Of a stretch of DNA of 64,000 nt, positions 1 to 10,175 are shown in pieces. The notes beneath the pieces were generated by a model. It was not told the origin of the DNA and did not search any database. It saw only the letters and a list, made by a program, of their open reading frames with translations. The stretch comes from an uncultured candidate division Zixibacteria bacterium. Its GTDB lineage: Bacteria > Zixibacteria > MSB-5A5 > GN15 > FEB-12. Both the position numbers and the translations under genes were made by a program. The stretch spans positions 3,712,001 to 3,776,000 of the forward strand of contig OY760907.1 of assembly GCA_963664195.1 (NCBI GenBank), given 5' to 3'. The number at the start of each line of letters is the position of its first letter. Positions within the stretch are counted from its first letter, which is position 1.

Positions 1-929
1 TGAATGACGTTGAGCCGGTAATATAGATCCTCCCTGAACGAACCGTTCTTCAACATCTTGTCCATATCACGATTGGTAGCGGCAAGCACGCGGATATCCA
101 GCGGGATTTCTTTCACCGACCCGAGTCGCTCGATTCGTCGTTCCTCAAGCACCCGCAGCAATTTCACCTGCATCGTGAGCGGCATCTCGCCGATTTCATC
201 AAGGAACAGCGTTCCTCCCTCGGCTAATTCAAACCGCCCCTGTTTGGCGCGATCGGCCCCGGTGAAAGCACCTTTCTCGTAACCGAAGAGCTCAGATTCA
301 AGCAACGTTTCCGGAAACGCCGCACAGTTCAATGCCACCAGTCGTTTGTCGGCGCGGTCGGACAGAGCGTGAATCGCACGGGCCACCAGCTCTTTGCCGG
401 TGCCCGATGGGCCTGTGATCAGCACGGTAGCATCTTTGGACGCAACCAGCGAAATCATCTCTTTGACTTTATGAATAGCGGCCGATTCTCCGATGATCTC
501 AGAGCTTGGGAACACTTCCGCCAACCGTTCGGTCATAGCCTGATGATCCACAACCAGACGATTCTGGGCCGCCGCCTTCTCCAGCTTGACCAGCAGTTCT
601 TCGAGATCTTCCACAGGTTTCGAGAGGTAGTCGTACGCTCCGACGCGCATTGCCCCCACCGCCGACTCTACCGACCCAAAAGCCGTGAGCACAATCGCCT
701 GCAGGAACGGATTGATCTCCTTGAGTCGCACGAGCAGCTCAAACCCGTTCATGCCGGGCATCTTCATGTCTATTAACGCCAGCGGAGCAAACGATTCGTG
801 GTACACTTCCAGCGCCTGTTCGCCACTCTCGGCCTGGGTAACTTCGTACCCTTTGTTCTTCAGATATCCGGCCAGCAGTTCGCGCGCCCCGGCCTCGTCA
901 TCGACAATAAGCAGTTTGGTTTGATTCAC
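1..929 (-). CDS. Sigma-54-dependent response regulator (NtrC/AtoC family, REC + AAA+); runs off the left edge
   Basis: Not in the ORF track; translated by hand from GTG at 929 ([14 protein letters not shown], a REC start) with GGAG upstream. Contains [39 protein letters not shown] and RVLAATNRD...[12 protein letters not shown]. Confidence 0.93.
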   Translation of the reverse strand, partial: MNQTKLLIVDDEAGARELLAGYLKNKGYEVTQAESGEQALEVYHESFAPLALIDMKMPGMNGFELLVRLKEINPFLQAIVLTAFGSVESAVGAMRVGAYDYLSKPVEDLEELLVKLEKAAAQNRLVVDHQAMTERLAEVFPSSEIIGESAAIHKVKEMISLVASKDATVLITGPSGTGKELVARAIHALSDRADKRLVALNCAAFPETLLESELFGYEKGAFTGADRAKQGRFELAEGGTLFLDEIGEMPLTMQVKLLRVLEERRIERLGSVKEIPLDIRVLAATNRDMDKMLKNGSFREDLYYRLNVI

Positions 930-965
930 GTTTCTAAACTACTCTCCATCACCGTCGGGCACAAT

Positions 966-992
966 AAAAAAGGCCCGCCTGAAGGCGGGCCT
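966..992 (-). terminator. Intrinsic terminator of the outer-membrane barrel gene
   Basis: AGGCCCGCC-4nt-GGCGGGCCT hairpin followed by a T-run on the minus strand. Confidence 0.85.
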
Positions 993-1013
993 GAAATCGT
1001 CTCATCACGAGAA

Positions 1014-1697
1014 TCAGTCAGAACCAAAAAAGACTTTGATGCCAGCGTGAACGCCAAGAAGTGAAGCATTCTGGCCGAAATCATAAGGAAGCCCCTGATA
1101 CTCTCCACCAACACCGTCGGTCATGCCATTATGATAGCTGGCTTCGACGAAAATGCCACCATAATCGTGAGTGTACCAGAACATCCCTGCTCCCAGTCCA
1201 AAGGCGAAGGCAGGATCATAGGCCAACTCACGCCACTCGTACCCTTCGATATCGTGGTCATATACCAGGCTGGCGAACTTGGGGACATCCACGCCAACAT
1301 TCCCCCTGAGGTACGGAACAAAATCTGACTCACCGAAGAAGTAGTACTTCAGGTACAGTGCCGGACTGTATATCCGATGATGACCGGAGGAAATCTCCTC
1401 AATGTCAGTTTCTATCGAGTACACGGAGTAGCCAAGGTTGAAACCAACAACTATGCTCGGAGTTGCAAAGTACCCGATATCCACGCCGAAACCCAAACCG
1501 GACTTCGCACCGAAATCAATAGGGCCACCCGGTCCCTCGGTCGTCCAGTCCGCGATTCCACTCATGGGTGAACTGAGGCCGCCGTGAATTGCAACCTCGA
1601 GAATGTCTCTTGCTTCGTCTTCGTCATCCTGGGCGAACACACCGGCATTCAACCCCAGCAACAGGAGCATTGCCAGAAGCATGGATATCTTTTTCAT
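1014..1697 (-). CDS. Outer-membrane beta-barrel protein (OMP_b-brl-like)
   Basis: Signal peptide, alternating aromatic/Gly beta strands (FVPYLRGNVG, FAFGLGAG), and a C-terminal strand AGIKVFF. Confidence 0.8.
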   Translation of the reverse strand: MKKISMLLAMLLLLGLNAGVFAQDDEDEARDILEVAIHGGLSSPMSGIADWTTEGPGGPIDFGAKSGLGFGVDIGYFATPSIVVGFNLGYSVYSIETDIEEISSGHHRIYSPALYLKYYFFGESDFVPYLRGNVGVDVPKFASLVYDHDIEGYEWRELAYDPAFAFGLGAGMFWYTHDYGGIFVEASYHNGMTDGVGGEYQGLPYDFGQNASLLGVHAGIKVFFGSD

Positions 1698-1886
1698 TAC
1701 CGCATCCTTAAGAAAGTGTACTAATTTGCGTCTATGGTCACAATCAAGGGGCCAAGATAATCAAAATAACGACGTGTTGTCAACAGCTTATATCCAAAGG
1801 ATTCTCCCCCATCAGGACTGTGCGATCCACAATTTCGCCCTGTGACCACACAACACCTGCTCCCGAAGCACCTCTCAAAAAACAGG

Positions 1887-1914
1887 TTGTATTCCGGTCG
1901 GATTTCTGTATAAT
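1887..1914 (+). promoter_or_regulatory. Putative sigma70 promoter of purD-purE
   Basis: TTGTAT-N16-TATAAT upstream of the purD ATG. Confidence 0.5.
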
Positions 1915-1945
1915 TGCTAACTTTAACCTGATACTGTAGCGGCAT

Positions 1946-3220
1946 ATGAAAGTACTTGTTATCGGTTCCGGCGGTCGGGAACATGCCCTCGTCTGGAAAC
2001 TCAAGCAATCAAAAAAAGTCAAGAAGATATTCTGCGCGCCGGGCAACGGCGGTATGACACGCGCGGCGAAGTGTGTCAACATCAAGGCAGACAACATCAA
2101 AGCACTCACCGACTTCGCGGTCAGAAACAAAATCAACCTGACTGTGGTTGGCCCCGAGCAGCCGCTCGCCGCAGGCATTGTCGACGAATTCCAGCGACGT
2201 AAGCTCAGGGTTTTCGGCCCAGAAAAGAAAGCCGCGCAGCTCGAAGCCTCCAAGGTATTCGCCAAAGAATTCATGCAGAAGTACCACATCCCCACTGCAC
2301 CGTTTAAGGTGTTTGACAATCAGGTGGATGCTATCGGCTTCTGCAAGGCGATCGAGTATCCCGCCGTAGTCAAGGCCGACGGTCTCGCCGCCGGCAAGGG
2401 CGTGATTATCGTCAAAGATTTCGAGGAGGCCGAAGAGGCTCTTGGGGACATTTTTGACAAAAAAGTGTTCGGCGCGGCCGGTGAACGCATCGTTATTGAG
2501 TCCTGCTTGGTCGGACAGGAAGTCTCAGTCATGGCCGTCACCGACGGCAAAAAAATCATTCCCATGCTCTCCAGTCAGGACCACAAACAGGCCCTGGAGG
2601 GTGACAGGGGCCCCAACACCGGCGGCATGGGGGCATTCTGTCCGGCTGGTTTTGTCTCAGACGAGATTGCCAAGCAAATCAACCAGTTCATCCTTGAGCC
2701 GACCATTCGCGGTCTCCGCAATGAGAATATTCCTTATCGAGGCGTACTCTATGCGGGGATCATGCTTACCGAGCGGGGGCCGAAAGTCCTCGAATTCAAC
2801 GTCCGCTTCGGCGATCCTGAGACACAGGTCGTCCTCCCCATGCTCAAAACTGATCTGGTTGACCTGATGAATGCCGTCGTCGACAAGCGACTCGGCAACT
2901 TCGGAAAGCTCGAATGGCGCAAAGGTGCTGCCGCCTGCGTTATCATGACCGCCAGGGGGTATCCCGGAAAGTATGACAAAGGTCAGGTTATCTCCGGGCT
3001 GCAGAATACGCGCGCCGAGGGCTGCTACGTTTTTCATGCCGGAACACGCCGCGATGACAACAAGCTGGTCACCTCTGGCGGGAGGGTGCTCGGCGTGATG
3101 GGCATGGACAGTTCCCTCAAAGGGGCACTTGATAAGTCGTATAAGATAGTGAACAAAATAAAATTCGATGGCGCTACTTTTCGCCGTGACATCGGTTTCC
3201 GCGTTCTCGAGAAGAAATAG
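1946..3220 (+). CDS. purD: Phosphoribosylamine-glycine ligase
   Basis: MKVLVIGSGGREHAL, KADGLAAGKGV, GPNTGGMGA and EFNVRFGDPETQ motifs. Confidence 0.99.
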   Translation: MKVLVIGSGGREHALVWKLKQSKKVKKIFCAPGNGGMTRAAKCVNIKADNIKALTDFAVRNKINLTVVGPEQPLAAGIVDEFQRRKLRVFGPEKKAAQLEASKVFAKEFMQKYHIPTAPFKVFDNQVDAIGFCKAIEYPAVVKADGLAAGKGVIIVKDFEEAEEALGDIFDKKVFGAAGERIVIESCLVGQEVSVMAVTDGKKIIPMLSSQDHKQALEGDRGPNTGGMGAFCPAGFVSDEIAKQINQFILEPTIRGLRNENIPYRGVLYAGIMLTERGPKVLEFNVRFGDPETQVVLPMLKTDLVDLMNAVVDKRLGNFGKLEWRKGAAACVIMTARGYPGKYDKGQVISGLQNTRAEGCYVFHAGTRRDDNKLVTSGGRVLGVMGMDSSLKGALDKSYKIVNKIKFDGATFRRDIGFRVLEKK

Positions 3221-3229
3221 GTTGTAAAC

Positions 3230-3676
3230 ATGGCCAGAGTTTTGGTCGTCATAGGTTCGAAGTCAGATATGGAATACGCCGAGAAATGCCAGAAGCAGCT
3301 GGACGCTCTTGGCATCACCGGCGAGATCGTCGTTTCCTCGGCACACCGCCACCCGCAGAAAACGGCCGAGTTGGCTTCTAAGGCCAAAGACAACGGCTTT
3401 GAAGTCATAATCGCGATGGCCGGTCTGTCGGCTGCTTTGCCGGGATCTGTTGCGGCCCATTCACTTCTGCCGGTTATCGGGGTGCCGCTCCCGGCCGCGA
3501 TGCAGGGATTGGATTCCCTGCTGTCGATCGCGCAGATGCCTCCGGGCATTCCCGTCGGCTGCGTTGGCGTAGGCTCCCCCGGAGCCAAGAATTCGGCCAT
3601 CCTGGCAGCGAGAATTCTGGCCCTGAACCACCCGGAAGTGCAGACGGCACTCGAGGAGCACCGAAATTCTCTGTGA
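3230..3676 (+). CDS. purE: N5-carboxyaminoimidazole ribonucleotide mutase / AIR carboxylase
   Basis: GSKSD, SAHR, LPVIGVP and GLDSLLSIAQMPPGIPV motifs. Confidence 0.97.
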   Translation: MARVLVVIGSKSDMEYAEKCQKQLDALGITGEIVVSSAHRHPQKTAELASKAKDNGFEVIIAMAGLSAALPGSVAAHSLLPVIGVPLPAAMQGLDSLLSIAQMPPGIPVGCVGVGSPGAKNSAILAARILALNHPEVQTALEEHRNSL

Positions 3677-3746
3677 TTTTTCCGGGAGCAAAATCGAAGT
3701 ATTGTTGTATTAGATATGTCGTTGGAACAGGACGAAAGGAGACAGG

Positions 3747-4670
3747 ATGATAAGGTTCAACCGAAAATCAATACTGCCGCTGTTGGGGGTACTGCTCTTT
3801 CTTGTCGCATTTGCCGGAGCTTCGGCACTCGCACAGGACACTGATGAGGAGCGCCTCAACAAAGCCAAGGAGTACTATAACGAAGGCGTCCAAATGATGA
3901 AGAATGGTGACACCGCCGCCGCGCTCACCGCATATCAGGGCGCGATTTCCATGGACGCCGACTATGCCGACGCCTACCTCAACGTGGGAGTCATATACTT
4001 CGGACGGCAGAACTACGATCTGGCCCTTGAAAGCTTCCGAACTGCCTCCGAAAAAGACCCGCAGAACGTTGACGCTCTGGCCAACCTCGGCCGCGTGCAG
4101 ACGAAACTCAGACGCAACGTAGAAGCCGAAGCGTCGTTTGCCAAGGCGCTTGAGATCACACCGGGAGTTGGCGACCTGCTCAAAGAGCTGGGTCAGGTTC
4201 AATACAAGAACGGGAATCACGACGGCGCTATTGCGACGTTGACCAAAGCCCACGAAGCCGGGTCTGAGAGTTACATTAGTTGGTTCATGCTGGGCAAATC
4301 GCAACAGAAGCAAGGCAACGAAGCGGCTGCCATTACCGCTCTCAAGAAATCAGCTGAGTTGGAGACCAACTATAACGCCCTCTCAGCCCTCGGTTCCATT
4401 TACCTGGCTCAGGGCAAGTTCCGCTCTGCCGCCACACAGTTCAAAGCCGCTATGAAAGCTTCGCCGAAACGTGGCGCCCGTGCGGCCTACAACTACGCCA
4501 TCGCCATGGAGCAGGCCGACAGTGATGACGTCGACGCCAACATTGCCAACTGGCAGAACTTTGTGAAACTGGCCAAGAATAACCCGAAAGAACGGGATAA
4601 TGTGGCCATCGCAAAAAGTCATGTCGATGAACTCAAAGAGCTGAAAGCTCACAACGAATCGGAGCTGTAA
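3747..4670 (+). CDS. Secreted tetratricopeptide-repeat protein
   Basis: Signal peptide, repeated AYLNVG/ALANLG/ALSALG TPR motifs, and an AGGAG RBS. Confidence 0.85.
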   Translation: MIRFNRKSILPLLGVLLFLVAFAGASALAQDTDEERLNKAKEYYNEGVQMMKNGDTAAALTAYQGAISMDADYADAYLNVGVIYFGRQNYDLALESFRTASEKDPQNVDALANLGRVQTKLRRNVEAEASFAKALEITPGVGDLLKELGQVQYKNGNHDGAIATLTKAHEAGSESYISWFMLGKSQQKQGNEAAAITALKKSAELETNYNALSALGSIYLAQGKFRSAATQFKAAMKASPKRGARAAYNYAIAMEQADSDDVDANIANWQNFVKLAKNNPKERDNVAIAKSHVDELKELKAHNESEL

Positions 4671-4692
4671 TCGCACAGCGTTTTAATATCCG

Positions 4693-4720
4693 CCCCGGTG
4701 CCTCGCACCGGGGTTTTTTT
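4693..4720 (+). terminator. Intrinsic terminator after the TPR gene
   Basis: CCCCGGTGC-ctc-GCACCGGGG followed by T7. Confidence 0.9.
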
Positions 4721-4867
4721 GTGGTACTGACCGGGCAGCCAGCTCTCGACGTGCGTGAACTGGCACGGGATGACAGGGGCACCGAACGCCACGAACTCAT
4801 TGCACAAGTGTTGGAGGAAACGTTTCCGGGCGCCGCAATAGATGCATGTCACCATGAGGGATTGAGC

Positions 4868-6059
4868 TGTATGAGGACGGACTTGAGTTGACACTTGCAT
4901 AAAAGGCGAGTGGTCATTTACCTCTGAGATAACAACAAAACAGGAGGTTATAATGACCACTCAACAGAAGCTCGTCCAGAAGAAACTCAGTCTTCTGGAA
5001 CTGGGGGAATATCTTCAGAACGTATCCGAAGCCTGCCGCATTCACGGCTGCTCCCGCCAGCATTTCTACGATATCAAGACAGCTTACGAGAGTCAAGGAT
5101 TGGATGGTTTGAAGGAGAAGACCCGTCGGAAGCCTTGTCTGAAGAACCGGGTGGCTCCGGAGATTGAAGAAGCAGTGTTGCAGATGGCTTTGGAGCAGCC
5201 GGCCGCCGGGCAGATGCGGGCGTCCAATGAGTTGCGGAAACAGGGTGTTTTGATCTCGTCGGGTGGGATTCGCTCGATCTGGCTTCGTCACGGTCTGGAG
5301 ACATTCAAGAAGCGTCTGAAGGCTTTGGAGGAGAAAGCGGCGAAGGAAGGAATGGTCTACACCGAGGAGCAACTCAGGGTGTTGGAATCGGCTCGTCGGG
5401 AACGGGAGACGGTTCCTGATGAGATCGAGACGCATCATCCGGGCTATCTGGTGGCCCAGGACACGTTCTATGTGGGGTATCTCAAAGGGGTTGGCCGCAT
5501 CTACCAGCAGACGGTGATTGACACGTATTCGGCTGTTGCTTTCGCCAAGCTGTACACGGCCAAGGTCCCGCTGACGGCCGCTGATACGCTCAATGATCGC
5601 GTGGTGCCGTTCTTCGAAGAGCAGGGCGTGGATATCCTGCGCATCCTGACAGATCGCGGCACCGAGTACTGCGGCCGTCTTGACAAACATCCTTATCAAC
5701 TCTATCTTCAGCTTCACGAGATCGAGCACACTCGGACGAAGGCGCGACATCCACAGACCAACGGCATCTGCGAGCGGTTCCACAAGACGGTTCTTAATGA
5801 GTTTTACAAGACGATCTTTCGCAAACGGATATTCACTGCTGTGGCGGAATTGCAGGTTGAGTTGGATGACTGGATGGATCGATACAACCGGGATCGCACG
5901 CACCAGGGGAAACGGTGTCAAGGTCGCACGCCGATGGCGACCTTCGTTGACGGTCTGGAGTTGGCCAGAAAGGCAAATCTGACGGTAGAAGAAAAACCGG
6001 CAGCTTAACAGAAACCTCTCAGAGGTGGATGACTGTCAAATCAAGTATCGTTCAGTACA
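4868..6059 (+). mobile_element. IS481-family insertion sequence, 1192 bp
   Basis: TGT...ACA ends; imperfect 26-bp IRs (TGTATGAGGACGGACTTGAGTTGACA vs reverse complement TGTACTGAACGATACTTGATTTGACA); ATTGAGC direct repeats at 4861-4867 and 6060-6066. Confidence 0.93.
4953..6008 (+). CDS. IS481-family DDE transposase
   Basis: N-terminal HTH (NVSEACRIHGCSRQHFY) and an rve core with QDTF, TDRGTEY and PQTNGICERFH; GGAGG RBS. Confidence 0.95.
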   Translation: MTTQQKLVQKKLSLLELGEYLQNVSEACRIHGCSRQHFYDIKTAYESQGLDGLKEKTRRKPCLKNRVAPEIEEAVLQMALEQPAAGQMRASNELRKQGVLISSGGIRSIWLRHGLETFKKRLKALEEKAAKEGMVYTEEQLRVLESARRERETVPDEIETHHPGYLVAQDTFYVGYLKGVGRIYQQTVIDTYSAVAFAKLYTAKVPLTAADTLNDRVVPFFEEQGVDILRILTDRGTEYCGRLDKHPYQLYLQLHEIEHTRTKARHPQTNGICERFHKTVLNEFYKTIFRKRIFTAVAELQVELDDWMDRYNRDRTHQGKRCQGRTPMATFVDGLELARKANLTVEEKPAA

Positions 6060-6701
6060 ATTGAGCGAACCGGACTCACTGCTCAAGCTTTCATGCAGGC
6101 TGGAGTATCCTCCACTTCAACAACAGGGCAATCGTATTCTCCTCAGGCCGTTCGACTACATGAGTGCAACCGACAATCCGTTTGTTGCGCCTGTGCGAAA
6201 GGAATCGATCCTCCTTCCCTACACAGAAGAGGTTATTGAAGCTGCCCAGTTAGAACTGCCGACCGGCTGGCGGATCGAGGCTCTGCCGGAAGACACGACA
6301 ATCGAAAACTCTCTTGGTAGATGCTCCGTCACGTTCACCGCTTTCGACAACTACCTCAAAGTACAACGGACTTTCGCACTGAGACACGCATACCTGAACC
6401 CGAGATCGTACTACTCCCTGCAGCAGTTGTACCAGTGGCGACAGGATATTGCCTCGTCCATTGTGATGCTGGTTCCTACGGAGTAGTGACTCTCTCGTGT
6501 GGTATATACCGCACTCAGTCCTTGACCGATCACACACCAACATGTATCTTGTCCTCATAGACCTCTGAGTACTGTCACATTCGAGGCGGTGCCGGATCAC
6601 CTTTGTTGACAGCTATGACATTTGCATCGTGCCTCAAAAGAGTTGATACTGATCGTCCGGCATTCGCTGTATGAAAACCGCCCAGACGGGGAGAGTAACC
6701 T

Positions 6702-8024
6702 ATGTCCGTCAAACCGTTTGTCGTATTGTGTTGTCTGCTCTCGTGTATCGCAGGCGCGGCCACCGGCCAGTGCAAGAAATCCGGCTCCCACGAAGTTGTC
6801 CCGGCAGAGAAATCTGTGCGTCTCCCCGACCTGTGGGACACCAAGGATCAATGTACACTCTTCAAGATGATTGTCGATGACACGGTCCTCGGCTACAGCT
6901 CCGGATACCAGACCGACGATCGCACCGTCTGCTACTACGATCCTGCCGAATGTGGCGCCCCGACCTATCCGTATGAAGTCAATTCCCTGTCGTTCGTTCT
7001 GCTTGATCCGTTCGACATTTGGGACCCGCGCGTATACAAGTGGCCGGTCGAACTCGATGTCATCCTTTTTGACGCGTACGATCCGGTCGATAGCTGCCTC
7101 GGTCCCGGAGCAGAACTCTGTCGCGTTTCGGTTACCTGCGACTCGGCATCGTTCGCCTATCCCGAAGTTGGTACGGTCACGTTCTCCACGCCATGTTGTG
7201 TCGACGGCCCGTTTTTTATCGGCATTGAGTACACTGATGCCTACACCGGTCTCCTGCCATCGATCATGTTCGACTATAGCTCTTCGCCCGATACCTGTCA
7301 TCTCTTTCAGTATATCTGCGATTCCGCCTGGGTCGGCTGGTACGCCTACTGGGGAACGCCCCCCGGATACCCGTTCTTCTGGGTGGACGGCGAGACCGTC
7401 TCGCCCAATTGCTGCGATGATACCGATTCCGACGGCATCTGCGATGAGCTTGACAACTGCCCCTCAGTCGCCAACCCGGATCAGATCGACTCTGATTCTG
7501 ACGGTGTCGGCGATCTGTGCGACGACGATGACAGCGATGGAATAATCGACATCAACGACAACTGCCCCGGTGTCTGGAATACTGATCAGCTCGATTCCGA
7601 CGAAGACGACCTCGGCGACCTCTGTGACAACTGTCCTTTCGTGTCCAACTATTACCAGACCGATCTTGATCACGACGGCGAGGGTGACGCATGCGACGAT
7701 GACGATGACGACGATACATATGATGACGTCGATGACAACTGCCCGCGAGCATACAACCCTGGCCAGGAAGATGCGGATACGGATGGCGTGGGCGATGCCT
7801 GCGAATGTACCGGCACCACCGGCAATGTCGACTGTGACCCGCTCGACGAGGTCACCATGGGCGATCTCACGGTCCTCATCGATCATCTCTTCATAACTCT
7901 CACGCCGGTATGTAACGAGGGCGAAGCCAATATCGATCTGGCCCCGGAGATTACGATGGGTGACCTGACGGTGCTCATCGACCACCTGTTCATCAGCCTT
8001 GATCCGCTCCCGGCCTGTCCGTAG
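6702..8024 (+). CDS. Secreted Cys-rich protein with thrombospondin type-3 Ca-binding repeats and a C-terminal dockerin-like domain
   Basis: Signal peptide; repeated DxDxDGxxDxxDNCP/NPDQxDSD motifs; C-terminal [14 protein letters not shown] present twice. Confidence 0.85.
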   Translation: MSVKPFVVLCCLLSCIAGAATGQCKKSGSHEVVPAEKSVRLPDLWDTKDQCTLFKMIVDDTVLGYSSGYQTDDRTVCYYDPAECGAPTYPYEVNSLSFVLLDPFDIWDPRVYKWPVELDVILFDAYDPVDSCLGPGAELCRVSVTCDSASFAYPEVGTVTFSTPCCVDGPFFIGIEYTDAYTGLLPSIMFDYSSSPDTCHLFQYICDSAWVGWYAYWGTPPGYPFFWVDGETVSPNCCDDTDSDGICDELDNCPSVANPDQIDSDSDGVGDLCDDDDSDGIIDINDNCPGVWNTDQLDSDEDDLGDLCDNCPFVSNYYQTDLDHDGEGDACDDDDDDDTYDDVDDNCPRAYNPGQEDADTDGVGDACECTGTTGNVDCDPLDEVTMGDLTVLIDHLFITLTPVCNEGEANIDLAPEITMGDLTVLIDHLFISLDPLPACP

Positions 8025-8123
8025 GCAGGAGACACACCGCGCGTCCCGCGTGGTATGCCCGAAGATTGTGATCGGCAGGGTTCCATCTCTGCCGATGGTC
8101 GTCCCGTCCACATTCGCACATGC

Positions 8124-8152
8124 TTGACAATAAAACTGCGGTATCTTATCAT
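8124..8152 (+). promoter_or_regulatory. Putative sigma70 promoter
   Basis: TTGACA-N17-TATCAT upstream of the small secreted protein/barrel pair. Confidence 0.65.
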
Positions 8153-8240
8153 TGGCAGACACGGACGCCGGACGCCGGCACCAAACCGCATATTTTGTTT
8201 CCGAATTATGCTGAATCCTTTATTGGCCCGAGGTCATGCT

Positions 8241-8651
8241 ATGAATGCCTTAACCAGACTGCTCACACTGTCAGCCCTGACTGTCACCTGCCTCCTGCTT
8301 GTCGGGAATGCCGGGGTACAAGCTGGCGAACTTGCTGACACAAAATGCTATATCGATCTTGACGGGGACGGACTCGACGACAACACGATCGACTTTCGCG
8401 ACGGCTTTTTGCTCGACGATGTAGAATGTGACACGACATGCAGCACGCAGGTAGTCAACCCGTTCGCACAGCTCACAACCGAAAATCCGGTGGACCTCCC
8501 GCAGACTCATAAGGAACGCTTTGTCGGTCATCGCTTCTCAGCACGAGGGATCAGTTCCTGTCGCAGTGATTTCGAGGGTGATTTTGGTGGTGGAGGAGCC
8601 GGCGGCAGCTCTTCCGGGGGTAAAACCTGTATCGGCGGCGTTTGCTTTTAG
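8241..8651 (+). CDS. Small secreted hypothetical protein with a DxDGDG loop and Gly/Ser-rich tail ending CIGGVCF
   Basis: Start moved to the ATG at 8241, which gives a signal peptide (MNALTRLLTLSALTVTCLLL) and lies downstream of the promoter and a GAGG. Confidence 0.7.
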   Translation: MNALTRLLTLSALTVTCLLLVGNAGVQAGELADTKCYIDLDGDGLDDNTIDFRDGFLLDDVECDTTCSTQVVNPFAQLTTENPVDLPQTHKERFVGHRFSARGISSCRSDFEGDFGGGGAGGSSSGGKTCIGGVCF

Positions 8652-8654
8652 GAG

Positions 8655-9902
8655 ATGTTGAAGATGACCATTGACAATACTCGCGCACTTATCCTCACCG
8701 TTTCCCTTCTTGTGATTATGACCACTTCGGTCTTCGCTGGAATTCGAGACTACTTCGAACTTGAGGCAAACGTAACTGGTACATCGACAGAGAATATCTT
8801 CAAAGATTTCAACGACAAGTCCACTACGTATTCGAAAACGAGCGTGACGGCCAAGGCATACCCGGTTTCGTTTGCTGAACTCGTACTTACGACCGACTAC
8901 ACGAGATATCGCCAAACCCCAAGTCTCAACAATCTTTCCCTGCAGTTGGGCGGCACGATTATTCCTTTGAGCGAAACATCCAAAACCCAGATATATTTCT
9001 CAGGACACATGAAGAACGCCGACTACGAGGAATCCGGCGACCCATCGACCACGACTCGCACAGACTTCACAAGTAAGAACTACGACCTTACCCTGTCCAT
9101 AGGACAGGAGTTGCGGCCCAATCTGCGCCTTCGTGGCGGCTACTCCATGAAGGTTGTCGGCTACGATGACGAGTACGTGAATGACCGGTACGATCACGAG
9201 GTTTTTCTCGGGGGAAACACATCGTTCCTCAGCTTCTGCTCGCTTGACCTCGAAGTCGGATACCGCTTTGGCGATTATGACCATATGGTCGATACTACGA
9301 CTCTCCCCCGCCCTCTGCTCCTGATGATGCCGAGCGCCCCCGATTACCCGGACTCTCTCAGAGCCCTCCAGGCGAAACAGGTCACGGAGAATCTGACCTG
9401 GTTCTATATTTCTCCCCGATTGTCCGCACAACTGGGGAAAAAGACGGGCGTTAGTCTCACCTACGGTTATCGTAAGCTGGGTGACATCGATGAAAACGAC
9501 TATGTCTTCGGAACCACAACAACTCTGTTATCGCCTTGGACGTCGGTCTACGAGGGAAGCTCGATCCAACTAAAGGCCAAAACACACTTGGTCCCCAAAA
9601 TCATCCTGAGCACTGGGATCGGCTATTGGGACAAGGAATTCCTGAAGATGCTTGAGCCGTATAATCGTGAAGAAGGCGAAGTCGTTCCCTTCATCACAAC
9701 CTACTTCCTGAAAGATGGTCGCGGAGATCGAATCGACGTGAAGCGGCAAATGTACATTCAGATCCAGTACCCGATCAAGACTCATTCTGGCTATTATCTT
9801 GAACCGTCACTTAAAGTCGACTATATAAACAACAACTCGAGCATAGCCGTCTTTGAATACGACGACGTGACCGTCTCGATGGACTTCAAAGTCCGCTTCT
9901 AG
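8655..9902 (+). CDS. Outer-membrane beta-barrel protein
   Basis: Signal peptide, amphipathic strands, and a C-terminal BAM-type signal (MDFKVRF); AGGAG overlaps the upstream stop. The start could be ATG 8655 or the next ATG. Confidence 0.75.
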   Translation: MLKMTIDNTRALILTVSLLVIMTTSVFAGIRDYFELEANVTGTSTENIFKDFNDKSTTYSKTSVTAKAYPVSFAELVLTTDYTRYRQTPSLNNLSLQLGGTIIPLSETSKTQIYFSGHMKNADYEESGDPSTTTRTDFTSKNYDLTLSIGQELRPNLRLRGGYSMKVVGYDDEYVNDRYDHEVFLGGNTSFLSFCSLDLEVGYRFGDYDHMVDTTTLPRPLLLMMPSAPDYPDSLRALQAKQVTENLTWFYISPRLSAQLGKKTGVSLTYGYRKLGDIDENDYVFGTTTTLLSPWTSVYEGSSIQLKAKTHLVPKIILSTGIGYWDKEFLKMLEPYNREEGEVVPFITTYFLKDGRGDRIDVKRQMYIQIQYPIKTHSGYYLEPSLKVDYINNNSSIAVFEYDDVTVSMDFKVRF

Positions 9903-9946
9903 AGACTAAGCCAGACTTTTGCGAGAATCGCAACAGATACCTGACA

Positions 9947-9975
9947 TTGCGCCGGCCCCAACAGGGCCGGCGCAA
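9947..9975 (+). terminator. Stem-loop / probable terminator
   Basis: TTGCGCCGGCCC-5nt-GGGCCGGCGCAA, a perfect 12-bp stem with a weak T-tail. Confidence 0.65.
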
Positions 9976-10175
9976 ACTTTAGCGCCCGTCCCCGTTACGC
10001 GTTAGTAACCAATAACTTAACGCACACAACATTCACACAGGGATCCCCCGACTGGCACAAAGAGGACATTATCACCTTGCATTTACACGCAAAGCACCTA
10101 TATTTGTTATTAGGCGATAAGTAGGTAACACACAAACCCAATCAAACACGTACCACCCGCAGGGAGAGAACACGT

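Larger units (their letters stand above)
4721..6486 (+). pseudogene. DUF3858-like (C-terminal part of DUF3857/transglutaminase-like proteins) gene interrupted by IS481
   Basis: Removing the IS and one TSD copy joins 4721-4867 to 6067-6486 in frame: VVLTGQPALDVRELAR...ETFPGAAIDACHHEGLS|EPDSLLKL...LPTGWRIEALPE...VQRTF, 188 aa. The family call is by motif resemblance. Confidence 0.7.

Noticed and set aside
4914..5921. 335-aa ORF antisense to the transposase
   Set aside because: Fully overlaps the transposase on the opposite strand with no recognisable motifs; treated as a shadow ORF, like the many other antisense ORFs in the track.
7420..7810. GAC/GAT-rich quasi-repeats as a possible DNA repeat array or CRISPR
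   Set aside because: Explained by Asp-rich TSP3 coding repeats. There is no repeat-spacer periodicity and no cas gene in the window.
8241..8651. RiPP precursor (Gly/Ser/Cys-rich C-terminus)
   Set aside because: It has a Sec-type signal peptide, and no modifying enzymes or peptidase-transporter are encoded nearby.
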